From positions 96,001-160,000 of IMG/VR virus record IMGVR_UViG_3300047476_000982: DNA of 64,000 nucleotides; one strand, written 5' to 3'. Under the pieces are notes generated by a model. It made no database searches, had not been told where the DNA came from, and saw nothing but the letters and a program-made list of their open reading frames with translations. The DNA comes from a virus. The stretch's first letter is position 1. Each line of letters starts with the position of its first letter. A program made the position numbers and the translations under genes. Shown here piece by piece: positions 1 through 9,228 of the stretch.

Positions 1-1
1 T

Positions 2-145
2 CCTAGCGATCCTATTTGTGCAAGAAATACTGGAACTGTTTACATATTAGTAGGAGGAAATCAATCTGCAGCTGCTGGTAGTTTATGGAGTGGAGGAATA
101 ATACAATGCAATCCTGGTGGAGGTGGAGGTGGAGAAACTCCATAA
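2..145 (+). CDS. 3' end of an upstream gene (partial; Gly-rich C-terminus ...CNPGGGGGGETP*)
   Basis: Open frame from the window edge to TAA at 143-145; not in the ORF track. Confidence 0.6.
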   Translation, partial: PSDPICARNTGTVYILVGGNQSAAAGSLWSGGIIQCNPGGGGGGETP

Positions 146-180
146 TTTTTAATTAATACTTAATAGATAATAAAATTGTT

Positions 181-1137
181 ATGAAAAATTTACGTTACAT
201 TTGTGCTCAACCAAGATTAGTTTATTATGCTTGGCAAGTAGAAGTCATGATTAATAATTTCATTAAAAATGGAATTAACCCAAATAATATAGATATTTTA
301 GTTGCTTGGAATCCTAATGATGGAACATCATCTAAAGAATCTATTGAAATGTGGGAAAAACTATCATCACATTATAATTTTGTCAGATTCTTTTTTTATG
401 AAGATACTAGAGAAAAACCTATAAAATATATATCTTCTATAAGACCCAATATATTAAAACAACATTTTAAATTACATCCAGAATTACATGATGAAGTAAT
501 ATTTTATCATGATTGTGATATACTATTTACTAAACAAGTAAATTGGAATAAATTTTTAAATGATAATATTTGGTACCTTAGTGATACTAATAGTTATATA
601 AACTATGATTATATTATTTCAAAAGGAGCAGATGTTTATAATAAAATGTGTGAAATAATAGGAGTAGATCCTATTATTCCTAAATTAATGAATTCAAATT
701 CTGGTGGTGCTCAATATATTTTAAAAAATATAGACTATGAATTTTGGGAAAAAGTAGAAAAAGATTCTGAGCAGTTATATTTTGAAATTACACAACTAAA
801 TCAAATAAAAAAACAAGAAGATCCTAATTATCATGAACTTCAAATATGGTGTTCTGATATGTGGTCTCTTCTTTGGAATGGGTGGCTTAGAGGTAATGAA
901 ACTAAAGTAGTAAAAGAAATGGATTTTAGTTGGGCTACAGATTTAGAAGAAAGATTTAATGAAACAAATATATTTCATAATGCAGGAATTACTTGCTCTT
1001 GCGGAGGTAAATTTTATAAAGCAAACTATAGAGATTCACTTCCATATAATTTAGATCTTAGAATAAAAGAAGGATCCGCAAGTTATAAGTACTATCAAGA
1101 AATTCAAGAAACTGCTAAAAAATCACCATTAATATGA
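181..1137 (+). CDS. putative glycosyltransferase (GT-A-like)
   Basis: FYHDCDILF DxD motif; first gene of an overlapping GT/methyltransferase run. Confidence 0.6.
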   Translation: MKNLRYICAQPRLVYYAWQVEVMINNFIKNGINPNNIDILVAWNPNDGTSSKESIEMWEKLSSHYNFVRFFFYEDTREKPIKYISSIRPNILKQHFKLHPELHDEVIFYHDCDILFTKQVNWNKFLNDNIWYLSDTNSYINYDYIISKGADVYNKMCEIIGVDPIIPKLMNSNSGGAQYILKNIDYEFWEKVEKDSEQLYFEITQLNQIKKQEDPNYHELQIWCSDMWSLLWNGWLRGNETKVVKEMDFSWATDLEERFNETNIFHNAGITCSCGGKFYKANYRDSLPYNLDLRIKEGSASYKYYQEIQETAKKSPLI

Positions 1138-1790
1138 CTATAAAAAATTATATAGAAGATTTAATATCTAAAGGAGTTTCAATAAATTGCATTTATGATA
1201 TAGGAGGGTGGATGGGTTATTGGACAGAAAATATGTCTAATGGTATTTTAAAAGAAAAAGAATTTATTATATTTGAAGCAAATCCATATTATGCAGATGC
1301 TTTATCTAAACTAGGAAAAAAAGTTTTTATAGATGTATTAAGTGATAAAAAAGGATTAGAAGTAGAATACTACGACGCACCTTTATCAGGAGAATCTTAT
1401 TATAAAGAAAATACAAATTATTACAAAGATCATATTCCTAAAAAAAGAATTACAAATACTTTAGACAGTATTATAGAAGAAAATAATTTAATATTACCAG
1501 ATTTTATTAAAATAGATACTCAAGGTTCTGAATTAGATATTTTAAAAGGGGGTATAAAAGCAATAAATAATGCTAAGGTAGTTTATACAGAATGCCCAAT
1601 AATAAAATATAATTTAGGAGCTCCTAATATTCAAGATTATTTAAACTTTTTTGATTATTTTGGTTTTTATCCAATGAATATTTTAGAAACACATTTTATG
1701 GATAATGTACTTGTTCAAATAGATATTGTGTTTATGAAAAAAGAATTAAAAAATAATTTATATGGAGAAAATAAAGCCATTTTACAATGA
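1134..1790 (+). CDS. FkbM-family methyltransferase
   Basis: YDIGG SAM motif, FEAN, and IKIDTQGSELDILKG signature. Confidence 0.9.
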   Translation: MTIKNYIEDLISKGVSINCIYDIGGWMGYWTENMSNGILKEKEFIIFEANPYYADALSKLGKKVFIDVLSDKKGLEVEYYDAPLSGESYYKENTNYYKDHIPKKRITNTLDSIIEENNLILPDFIKIDTQGSELDILKGGIKAINNAKVVYTECPIIKYNLGAPNIQDYLNFFDYFGFYPMNILETHFMDNVLVQIDIVFMKKELKNNLYGENKAILQ

Positions 1791-2749
1791 TAAAAGAAAA
1801 TGATCAAAATATAATTTTTTATTGGGATGGACCTATTTCTGATTCTAGAAAAAAGATATTAGAAGATTGTTTGTATTCAACAAGAGTATTTAATCAAGAT
1901 AGGCCAATTTATTTAGTCTCTAATTGGATAAAAGAGTTAGATACGAGATATGATATTGAAATAGTAAATTGGAATGATACTTTTTTTGATGGTATTAATA
2001 TTCCAATATTAGATAAATATAAAGTAGCTAATTATAGAGAAATATCTGATCTAATGAGGATGGTGCTTTTATATCAATTTGGTGGAAGTTATATAGACAC
2101 AGATGATCTTTGTATAAATAAAATGACAGATTTAAAAAATTTAGTTTGCAGATCTTATGATCCTCATACATGTCATTATAATGGATTAAAACCAGAAGAT
2201 TGTATCCCAGGAAAATACAGAGAAATTAGAGGATATGATGAAATTTATATGTTTCCAAGAAATGATTGTTGGTTAAATTTTGAACCAAAAAGTAAATTTA
2301 TACAAGATATATTTTCAAATGAAAAATTTTTAAATTCTGAAAAAGTAATTTATATCGGAGACGGATTTTCTTGGCAGTCTTTAAGTTTAGAATCATGTTT
2401 AAAAAATATAGATAAAATAGGAGACGTATATAATTTAGGATTAACTCTACTTTATTTTTATGAAGATTTTGTATCGGCATCTTCATATTGGGATAGATGT
2501 AATTATGGTGGGGAAATGTGTGATATCTATAAAGAATTACCTAATTTAGATAACTATGAATGGGGATTTTATAAATGTAATAAAGAGACCGCTGAGAAAT
2601 TCTATAACAAGATAATACAAACCTATCCTTATATTTCTCATATGTGGTTACATAGTAAAGATATGAAAGAAGAATGGTTAAGAGATGAAATAGATGAAAT
2701 GTCAAGTTTATCTAATTGGATATATAAAATAGTTAAAGAAAAATTATGA
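1787..2749 (+). CDS. GT32-like (DxD sugar-binding) glycosyltransferase
   Basis: SDLMRMVLLYQFGGSYIDTD matches the R-x4-Y-x2-GG-x-Y-x-D-x-D motif. Confidence 0.8.
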   Translation: MIKENDQNIIFYWDGPISDSRKKILEDCLYSTRVFNQDRPIYLVSNWIKELDTRYDIEIVNWNDTFFDGINIPILDKYKVANYREISDLMRMVLLYQFGGSYIDTDDLCINKMTDLKNLVCRSYDPHTCHYNGLKPEDCIPGKYREIRGYDEIYMFPRNDCWLNFEPKSKFIQDIFSNEKFLNSEKVIYIGDGFSWQSLSLESCLKNIDKIGDVYNLGLTLLYFYEDFVSASSYWDRCNYGGEMCDIYKELPNLDNYEWGFYKCNKETAEKFYNKIIQTYPYISHMWLHSKDMKEEWLRDEIDEMSSLSNWIYKIVKEKL

Positions 2750-3426
2750 TATCTGTAGTAACACTAACGTATAAAAGAAAACATATTTTAGAAGAAGCAA
2801 TACAATCCTATCTTAATCAAGATTACGAAGGAGATTCAGAAATGCTTGTAATAAATGATTCACCAGACGTGCAGTATGTATTTGATCATCCTAAAGTAAG
2901 AATAATAAATTTTCCTACTAGATTTAGTTCTATAGGTAAAAAATTGCAATACGGTTTTCAACAAGCAAAAGGAGATTATTTATATAGATTAGATGATGAT
3001 GACTTATTATCTCCATGGGCTCTATCTATAGTAAATGAATATATAACAGAAAACCCAGGAAAAGATATTTACAGGTGCGCTCATCATTATTTTTTTACTA
3101 ATAATGAATTTACATCTATTAGTAGTAGTATAAATAACGGAAATTGTTATTCTAAAGATTTTATAAATAGAATAGAATTTCCTGAAGCTAGTGGAAATGA
3201 AGATAATACTATAACATTTTGGAGAGATGCCAATATCTATAACGGAGATAAAGGAAAATATTCTATGTTATATAGATGGGGAATGTATACTTATCATATT
3301 TCAGGTATGGGTAATTATGAAGATAATGATTATGTATTATCTAGAACAGATCAACTATGTGCAAAAGAAGAAGGGATTATAGAATTAAAACCCCATTTTA
3401 AGAATGACTATTACAAATATTTATAA
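2746..3426 (+). CDS. GT2-family glycosyltransferase
   Basis: ISVVTLTY..R..LEEAIQSYLNQ, VIND, AKGDYLYRLDDDD. Confidence 0.9.
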   Translation: MISVVTLTYKRKHILEEAIQSYLNQDYEGDSEMLVINDSPDVQYVFDHPKVRIINFPTRFSSIGKKLQYGFQQAKGDYLYRLDDDDLLSPWALSIVNEYITENPGKDIYRCAHHYFFTNNEFTSISSSINNGNCYSKDFINRIEFPEASGNEDNTITFWRDANIYNGDKGKYSMLYRWGMYTYHISGMGNYEDNDYVLSRTDQLCAKEEGIIELKPHFKNDYYKYL

Positions 3427-3428
3427 GT

Positions 3429-3728
3429 ATGCCATCTTATGCTCCATATACAATTCATTTAGTAGCTGAAACTACTGTATATCAAAACGAAGTTAGGTGT
3501 AGAGTAAAAGAAAATGATTTTAACTATACACAAAACCCTAGCGCAACAAAGGCAGGATCCACAGGTTCTTATATAGATGCCGTAACAGGTTCAGACTTCC
3601 ATCCATATACAACTACAGTAGGTTTATATAATGATAAAGATGAATTACTTGTAGTAGGAAAATTATCAAGGCCATATCCAATTCCGCCTAATACAGATAT
3701 GACTTTTATTATAAGGTGGGATAGTTAA
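3429..3728 (+). CDS. virion structural (baseplate/tail-collar-like) small domain protein
   Basis: TTVGLYNDKDELLVVGKLSRP resembles the GLY/F-D-x-x-G-x-L motif of myophage tail-collar/baseplate proteins. Confidence 0.5.
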   Translation: MPSYAPYTIHLVAETTVYQNEVRCRVKENDFNYTQNPSATKAGSTGSYIDAVTGSDFHPYTTTVGLYNDKDELLVVGKLSRPYPIPPNTDMTFIIRWDS

Positions 3729-3738
3729 AAAATAAAGT

Positions 3739-4194
3739 ATGAGAAAATGGTTATATTTCGATCCTCTAGGAGTTACTAGAGAGTTTAATTCAATAGAAGA
3801 CTTTCCCCCTAATACCGTAGGCTTTATATATAAGATTGTCAATCTAGTCAATGGCAAATTCTATATAGGTAGAAAGGTCCTTTTCAATAATACCAATAAA
3901 GCATTAACCAAGAAGGAGATCGCGGAATGGGACAAACCTGGGCGCGTCCCACGCAAAAGAAAGATAGTTAAAGAATCTGACTGGTTGTCATATCACGGAA
4001 GTAATAAGCTTCTTAATCAAGAAAGAAAAGAAGTTGGCGACGATATGTTTGCTAGAGAGATCTTACAATTATGCTACTCTAAAAAACAATTGACTTATTA
4101 TGAAGTGTGGTGGCAAATGCACTATAAAGTTCTTCATATAGATTCATATAACGATAACATCCAAGGAAGATTCTATAGAAAGGATGTAGAATAA
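3739..4194 (+). CDS. GIY-YIG-family endonuclease (Seg-like)
   Basis: GFIYKIVNLVNGKFYIGRK. Confidence 0.8.
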   Translation: MRKWLYFDPLGVTREFNSIEDFPPNTVGFIYKIVNLVNGKFYIGRKVLFNNTNKALTKKEIAEWDKPGRVPRKRKIVKESDWLSYHGSNKLLNQERKEVGDDMFAREILQLCYSKKQLTYYEVWWQMHYKVLHIDSYNDNIQGRFYRKDVE

Positions 4195-4222
4195 AAAAAG
4201 CCCTGGCACTTGCCGAGGGCTA
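4193..4222 (-). terminator. rho-independent terminator at the convergent junction
   Basis: GCCCT-GGCA-CT-TGCC-GAGGGC hairpin next to A7 (U7 on the minus strand). Confidence 0.75.
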
Positions 4223-4242
4223 TATGTATGGGCCTGCAAAGG

Positions 4243-4482
4243 TTAATTCCAATCAATTATCTTATGTAAGGTATTTTTATCTATACCTGCCTTTAAAGCT
4301 TTAACAACAGCTTCTTCAAATTCAACCCTAGGGAAAGAACTTCCTCCTTCATCTGGGCCAATCTTATCTCCTGTAAGACCCGCTGCATCTAATTGATCAT
4401 TATCCATATAATCAAATTCTTCTGCATCAATTTCTTTTAGAAGAGGATTATTTGCTGTAAATTGTTTAAAGTTAAATGCCAT
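4243..4482 (-). CDS. acidic hypothetical protein (possible internal head protein)
   Basis: ORF track; N-terminus MAFNFKQFTANNPLLKE. Confidence 0.6.
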   Translation of the reverse strand: MAFNFKQFTANNPLLKEIDAEEFDYMDNDQLDAAGLTGDKIGPDEGGSSFPRVEFEEAVVKALKAGIDKNTLHKIIDWN

Positions 4483-4502
4483 GTTATGTTTTTTAATTTG
4501 TT

Positions 4503-5894
4503 TTAGCTATTAGCCCAAGCTTTCATTCTTGTATCTAAAGCAAGATTTTTTCCTCTGAACCTGATGAATTCTCCTCTACCCATAGCATCTATGATATCTG
4601 CTTTAGTATATTTTGTACCTGGCATTCCATCATCCGCGGTTACCATAAGAGTATCTCCCATTGGTTGTACATACAAAATACCATGTAGTTTACCTTGTTG
4701 GTCTCTAGCAGTCCATTTGAATTCTTCTCCTTCCATTTGAACACCAGATGAAGATACAGTTACTTCTTCTTTAAAAGATTTAAATCCTCTAATAGTATCT
4801 ACAACAAACTGTGCAATTTCTCTGCTGTCAAAACCATCGTCCATTAAACTTTTTATAGCAGATTTAATTTGGTTTCCACCTAAATCATCAAATCTATCAT
4901 AATCAGATGCATCATCATCGTCGTATTCCGATCCCTTATCTATTGAAGGAAATGGATCTACAGAATCATCAGTATACATAGATTCATTAGTATCCTGTTG
5001 AGATCCACCAACTTTATATTCAGCTTCTACTTTTTTAAGAACAGGGATCATATCTTGAGCATAGCTTTCAAAATCAGGATATGAAGGATCGCCTACAACT
5101 TGATGATCTTCTATCTGCTCACCATAATTTGATTGAAGTTCAACAGCTATTCCTTTTGCACCATCCCAATTAGGCGTTGCGTAAACAACAGCATCTTCAC
5201 TTGGTATATTATCATGTATCCAATAAAGAACTCCTAAGTGATCTTCATAATAACAAGTCCAACTACCAACTCTTTTACCATCTACAGAATCATTCATCCA
5301 ATCATTAGAATATATTTTCTCAGGCTTTTCAAGTTCTTGTACAGGGCTATCTTCTTTAACAGATTTGTTTTTTACTATATCAAAGAATAATACGTTCTTA
5401 GAATCAGTATCAAAATCATCATCTTTAGTAACACTTTGAGGATCTATTTGCCAACCAGGGAATTTTGTTTGAAGTAAATTTTTAATATCAGTAAAAGCAG
5501 CTTTACTTACTTTACTTTCAATAGAAATTGCAATTCCACCGTCCTCAACAATTTTATTACCTATCCTTGCTACAGTTGGTGCAATTCTTACATTCTCATA
5601 TTCCTCTTGATCAGGTCTAGCTTTTTTATATCCGTATTTCTTTTGAATAGCAAATAGCTTTGACATCAAACTATCTTTATCATCTTTACCTGCTTTTTCT
5701 TCTACAGGACTGTCTTGCACAAATTCATCACCAAAGCCATCCAACTTATGTTCTGGACCTTCATACGGAATTTCTGTATCTAACTTTGTTTCCTCTTCTT
5801 CTTTCAAACTGTGCAAATCTACGTAGGCACCAAGAATAGCATGAGAACCAAGGTGATTTTCTTTTAAATACTTTGCAATGTTAAAATCTTTCAT
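4503..5894 (-). CDS. large acidic hypothetical protein (possible internal head protein)
   Basis: 463 aa, D/E-rich; N-terminus MKDFNIAKYLKEN; ATATTTATT motif upstream. Confidence 0.7.
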   Translation of the reverse strand: MKDFNIAKYLKENHLGSHAILGAYVDLHSLKEEEETKLDTEIPYEGPEHKLDGFGDEFVQDSPVEEKAGKDDKDSLMSKLFAIQKKYGYKKARPDQEEYENVRIAPTVARIGNKIVEDGGIAISIESKVSKAAFTDIKNLLQTKFPGWQIDPQSVTKDDDFDTDSKNVLFFDIVKNKSVKEDSPVQELEKPEKIYSNDWMNDSVDGKRVGSWTCYYEDHLGVLYWIHDNIPSEDAVVYATPNWDGAKGIAVELQSNYGEQIEDHQVVGDPSYPDFESYAQDMIPVLKKVEAEYKVGGSQQDTNESMYTDDSVDPFPSIDKGSEYDDDDASDYDRFDDLGGNQIKSAIKSLMDDGFDSREIAQFVVDTIRGFKSFKEEVTVSSSGVQMEGEEFKWTARDQQGKLHGILYVQPMGDTLMVTADDGMPGTKYTKADIIDAMGRGEFIRFRGKNLALDTRMKAWANS

Positions 5895-6019
5895 TATAAT
5901 AATTTTACTACTAATAAATATTGAATTACTTATTAAATAAATAAAGCAGTTTCCGTTTCCGCATAGGGGCCCTAAAATATAGTATTTACAAATTTATCAC
6001 TTTGGACATTTCCACTCTA

Positions 6020-6286
6020 TCAGAGTATCCATTTGTCATTAAAGAATTTTCCATTCTCGTAGATCATATCGTTTCCACCACCAGTGAAATAAACACGGGT
6101 GACTTCATTTCCATCCAACAAAGAGTTTGGTATGGTAGTACCCAGGTAATATTTGATACTTTTGACGTTAACACCTCTGGTTACAGTACCATCCTTTTTC
6201 TCTATGGTAATGAAATACCCGCCCTGGATTTTGGTGAGTTCGTTAACCTCGAATTTCCTTACTTCCAAATCTTCTGTCTTTTTCAT
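6020..6286 (-). CDS. hypothetical protein
   Basis: Start trimmed to MKKTEDLEV, which follows an A-rich leader. Confidence 0.6.
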   Translation of the reverse strand: MKKTEDLEVRKFEVNELTKIQGGYFITIEKKDGTVTRGVNVKSIKYYLGTTIPNSLLDGNEVTRVYFTGGGNDMIYENGKFFNDKWIL

Positions 6287-6511
6287 ATTTTTATATTTAT
6301 TCTTTTTTGTAAATTTAAATTTTTCCCGGAGTTTACGATTGATAATCAAATTTTTTGACAACAAAAGATAGGGTCCATTTTAGGAACGACAAATCTATAT
6401 AGAAATAATCAAAACTCCCTTCATATATTTCATAAGAGACCGACAAGGTCGGTAGGATATAAAAGTAGTTATAGTTGGTGACTAGCTTTACTCTTTCTGT
6501 CTTTTTCATAT

Positions 6512-7328
6512 TTACTTATTTTCAAGTTCTTCAATCTTGTTTGTCTTCAACCAACAGGATACAATCCATAGGATAGTAACGATTTGCCAAGCATAGTCTT
6601 CTCCTTCTTTGGAATTATACATTCCTATTGAAGCTGCCACGATTATAGATAAGGCCATACCGACTTTTTCCCATACCTTTAAATGCTGAATTAGTTTATC
6701 CATTTTCTTTTAGCTTTTTTATTTCTTGTTTAAGTAAATCTATTTCTTTCTTTTGTATCTCTACCAAGCTCTTGAGTAGTTCTATGGTTTCATCGGATAG
6801 TTTCTTTCTTTGAACCGACAATTCCAAATACTGGTTGATCTTGTGGCGGAGTTCTATTTCTGTTACCATCTTTAAATTTTGTTTATTTCTAACAATGATT
6901 TAAAAAGTAAAAAGGTTACTGCACCCACGGCTGTAGTTAATGCCAAAATTATTGCTATCCCATCTATTCCGGTTCTTTCATAGATTTTTCTTATAAACCA
7001 ATTATAGAAATGTTGCATAGCTATTATGAATATGCATAACGATACTGTTGCTATTATTTGTGCCATATTAATAGGAATTTTCTGAATAATATTTTTTGAT
7101 CTTGTCATGAAACTCTGGCTTGTAAAGTCCCGTGCCTGGTTGTAATACCATTTCATAGTAAGTATGGTATGTGGCTTGGTACATTGACATTCCTTTTTCT
7201 TCTATTAGGAAATTAAAGTGCTTCCAATATTCTTCTATAATACCTAAGCGTTTCATCAATACTAATTCAAATACGACTTTATCAAACTCTTTATCTGTTA
7301 GATATTCTTTTAATTTAAGTAAGTCCAT
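6512..7328 (-). other. run of four small ORFs (6512-6703, 6696-6869, 6872-~7066, 7068-7328), two of them membrane proteins
   Basis: Abutting minus-strand ORFs; 6696-6869 (MVTEIELRHK..., coiled-coil-like) was read manually. Confidence 0.6.
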
Positions 7329-7516
7329 TTTATTTACGTATTTATATTCTTATAGAATTTCAAAATTTTCCCGGTGTGCACGGTGGGTCAACGCGGGGCC
7401 CCCGGCTAGGGCCCTCCTATCTACCATAATTAGGTCATTGCTGTGGTGCTAGTTGACTGCTAATGGTCAAGAGCAAGCCGCAAGCATGTCGCTCGCGAGC
7501 TCGTCTCTCTAACCAA

Positions 7517-8311
7517 CTAGTTTGAGTATGCGGTAGCCAAAGACCATAGGCCTTGGTTGATATTGAAGTCCTCTATAGGATTCTTGATAGCCCTAGCTTG
7601 ACGGTTGTTCAATTGGAACCCACCCTTAATAAGATTCTCCTGTACGGTATTATATGTATGCCATAGTGTAGGCTGCTCATCAATCTTACGCTTAGCGTTA
7701 AGAATATCTAATACCTCATACTGTTCAGGCTGACGGTCATCACCAAGTCTTAAGGCCAATGCTTCTACAGCAAACTGGTATCTTTGTTTATCAGTCATCT
7801 CTACCATATTCCATTTGCTTATGGTATTAACTACGCCTTGGAGTCCAGATACCTTCTCGTCAATAAGGTTCTTAACCTCTTGGAAGTTCATCTTGGTATG
7901 GCGCTCTCTAAAGGATCCCATGTCCTTGTCTTTAATGACTAGACCGTTCTCACATACAAGACGGAACAAGCCCATCTCGAATTGAATTGGTCTAGTGCCA
8001 TCATGAGAGTTGATAAGCACAACCTCAGGCCTTGCTTCGATGTTACCCTGTGGGTCTTTAATGTAGAGGTCAGGGTGTTGGAAGCGGGTGATGTGTATGC
8101 CCCAATTCTTACGGAGCTCCACGTTAGAACTAGATTGCTTAACTCCTGTCAATGCGTAACCCATATCTTGCATGTGTTCGATAACCTCAAACGTAGGAGT
8201 GAACTGGTACTTCGGACTTTTGATAGTCGGTGCAGGTGAAGTAGCGAAGATAGCTGGAGCGATTTGTCTTGCAGAGTCGAGAGAGATAGATGTAATAGTG
8301 TTCAAATTCAT
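7517..8311 (-). CDS. DUF932-family protein
   Basis: VVLINSHDGTRPIQFEMGLFRLVCENGL signature. Confidence 0.85.
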   Translation of the reverse strand: MNLNTITSISLDSARQIAPAIFATSPAPTIKSPKYQFTPTFEVIEHMQDMGYALTGVKQSSSNVELRKNWGIHITRFQHPDLYIKDPQGNIEARPEVVLINSHDGTRPIQFEMGLFRLVCENGLVIKDKDMGSFRERHTKMNFQEVKNLIDEKVSGLQGVVNTISKWNMVEMTDKQRYQFAVEALALRLGDDRQPEQYEVLDILNAKRKIDEQPTLWHTYNTVQENLIKGGFQLNNRQARAIKNPIEDFNINQGLWSLATAYSN

Positions 8312-8375
8312 AACCTTTATTTATATTGTAATTTAATTAATTAATCTGATGTGGTAAAATAATTCTTTGGAGTGA

Positions 8376-8657
8376 TTAGTAATGGGTAGCCATAATGTCC
8401 TGGATCTTTTTTATCCTGGCAGCTTCCTCAAGTCCACCATATCTAAGGCCGATCTGAAAGAAATCCAAGGCAGTTCCAGTGATGATGAACCTACTCATGT
8501 TTCCGTCCTCATCCTGTTCTACGTCCATCTGGATCCTGTCATTCACCCATAGGTCTGAACTGTAGAGGTTCTCATTGATGGTGTCAACGGCCTTCTTAAT
8601 GAATTCGTAGTTACGTACTGAGGAGAGGATAAGCTGTGTTCTGTCTGTCATTGTCAT
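8376..8657 (-). CDS. hypothetical protein directly behind promoter cassette 1
   Basis: ORF track. Confidence 0.7.
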   Translation of the reverse strand: MTMTDRTQLILSSVRNYEFIKKAVDTINENLYSSDLWVNDRIQMDVEQDEDGNMSRFIITGTALDFFQIGLRYGGLEEAARIKKIQDIMATHY

Positions 8658-8823
8658 TATTGATTTGATACATAGTAAAAGTAAGACAATCCAGTGACAT
8701 AAAAAAATTTATTTTGACTATTTTGAAAAGTTTTTATTGGAAACCAATCAGTTATAAGTCGTTGGTAATCAATCTCTTATATACGTAAATATCCTTTCTA
8801 ACTTATTGGGAATCAATCACTTA
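8655..8823 (-). promoter_or_regulatory. promoter cassette copy 1 (conserved core plus three degenerate 20-bp repeats)
   Basis: Plus strand TTATTGATTTGATACATAGTAAAAGTAAGAC followed by TTGGAAACCAATCAGTTATA-type repeats. Confidence 0.75.
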
Positions 8824-8963
8824 GGCGGCGCGGGCGTGATATGCCACAGGGATAGGAATTCTTATTCCCTTATTCTTTTATACACAAATTGACACAATCT
8901 AACACTTTCTAACAATATTAATTTTTTATATCCGTTAGATCTTCTTAGTAATGCACTATGAAA

Positions 8964-9227
8964 TTAGAATGTGAACCCGCTATCTATGTATCTTACGGTA
9001 TTCTTAACAGCCGGTTGAGGTATTTCTTCTACAGTATTATTCTGTTCTATAGGTTTTATTTCTTCTATATCTATATCTGCCATTCTTGTGGTTGTCTCTA
9101 TGGTTGTAGATGTAGATATTTCTTTTTGTTCTTTCTTTATATCCTTATCCTCTGGTATTATATCATTATCTATCACTGGATTATTATCTATGTCTATATC
9201 TTGGGCCAGTCGTTTCTTATTTTCCAT
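8964..9227 (-). CDS. low-complexity acidic hypothetical protein
   Basis: ORF track; D/I/T-rich. Confidence 0.55.
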   Translation of the reverse strand: MENKKRLAQDIDIDNNPVIDNDIIPEDKDIKKEQKEISTSTTIETTTRMADIDIEEIKPIEQNNTVEEIPQPAVKNTVRYIDSGFTF

Positions 9228-9228
9228 C

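Noticed and set aside
6439-6453. ACCGAC-AAG-GTCGGT hairpin, and a small stem at ~52270-52315
   Set aside because: Isolated short hairpins with no clear U-tract or repeat copies; too little to call
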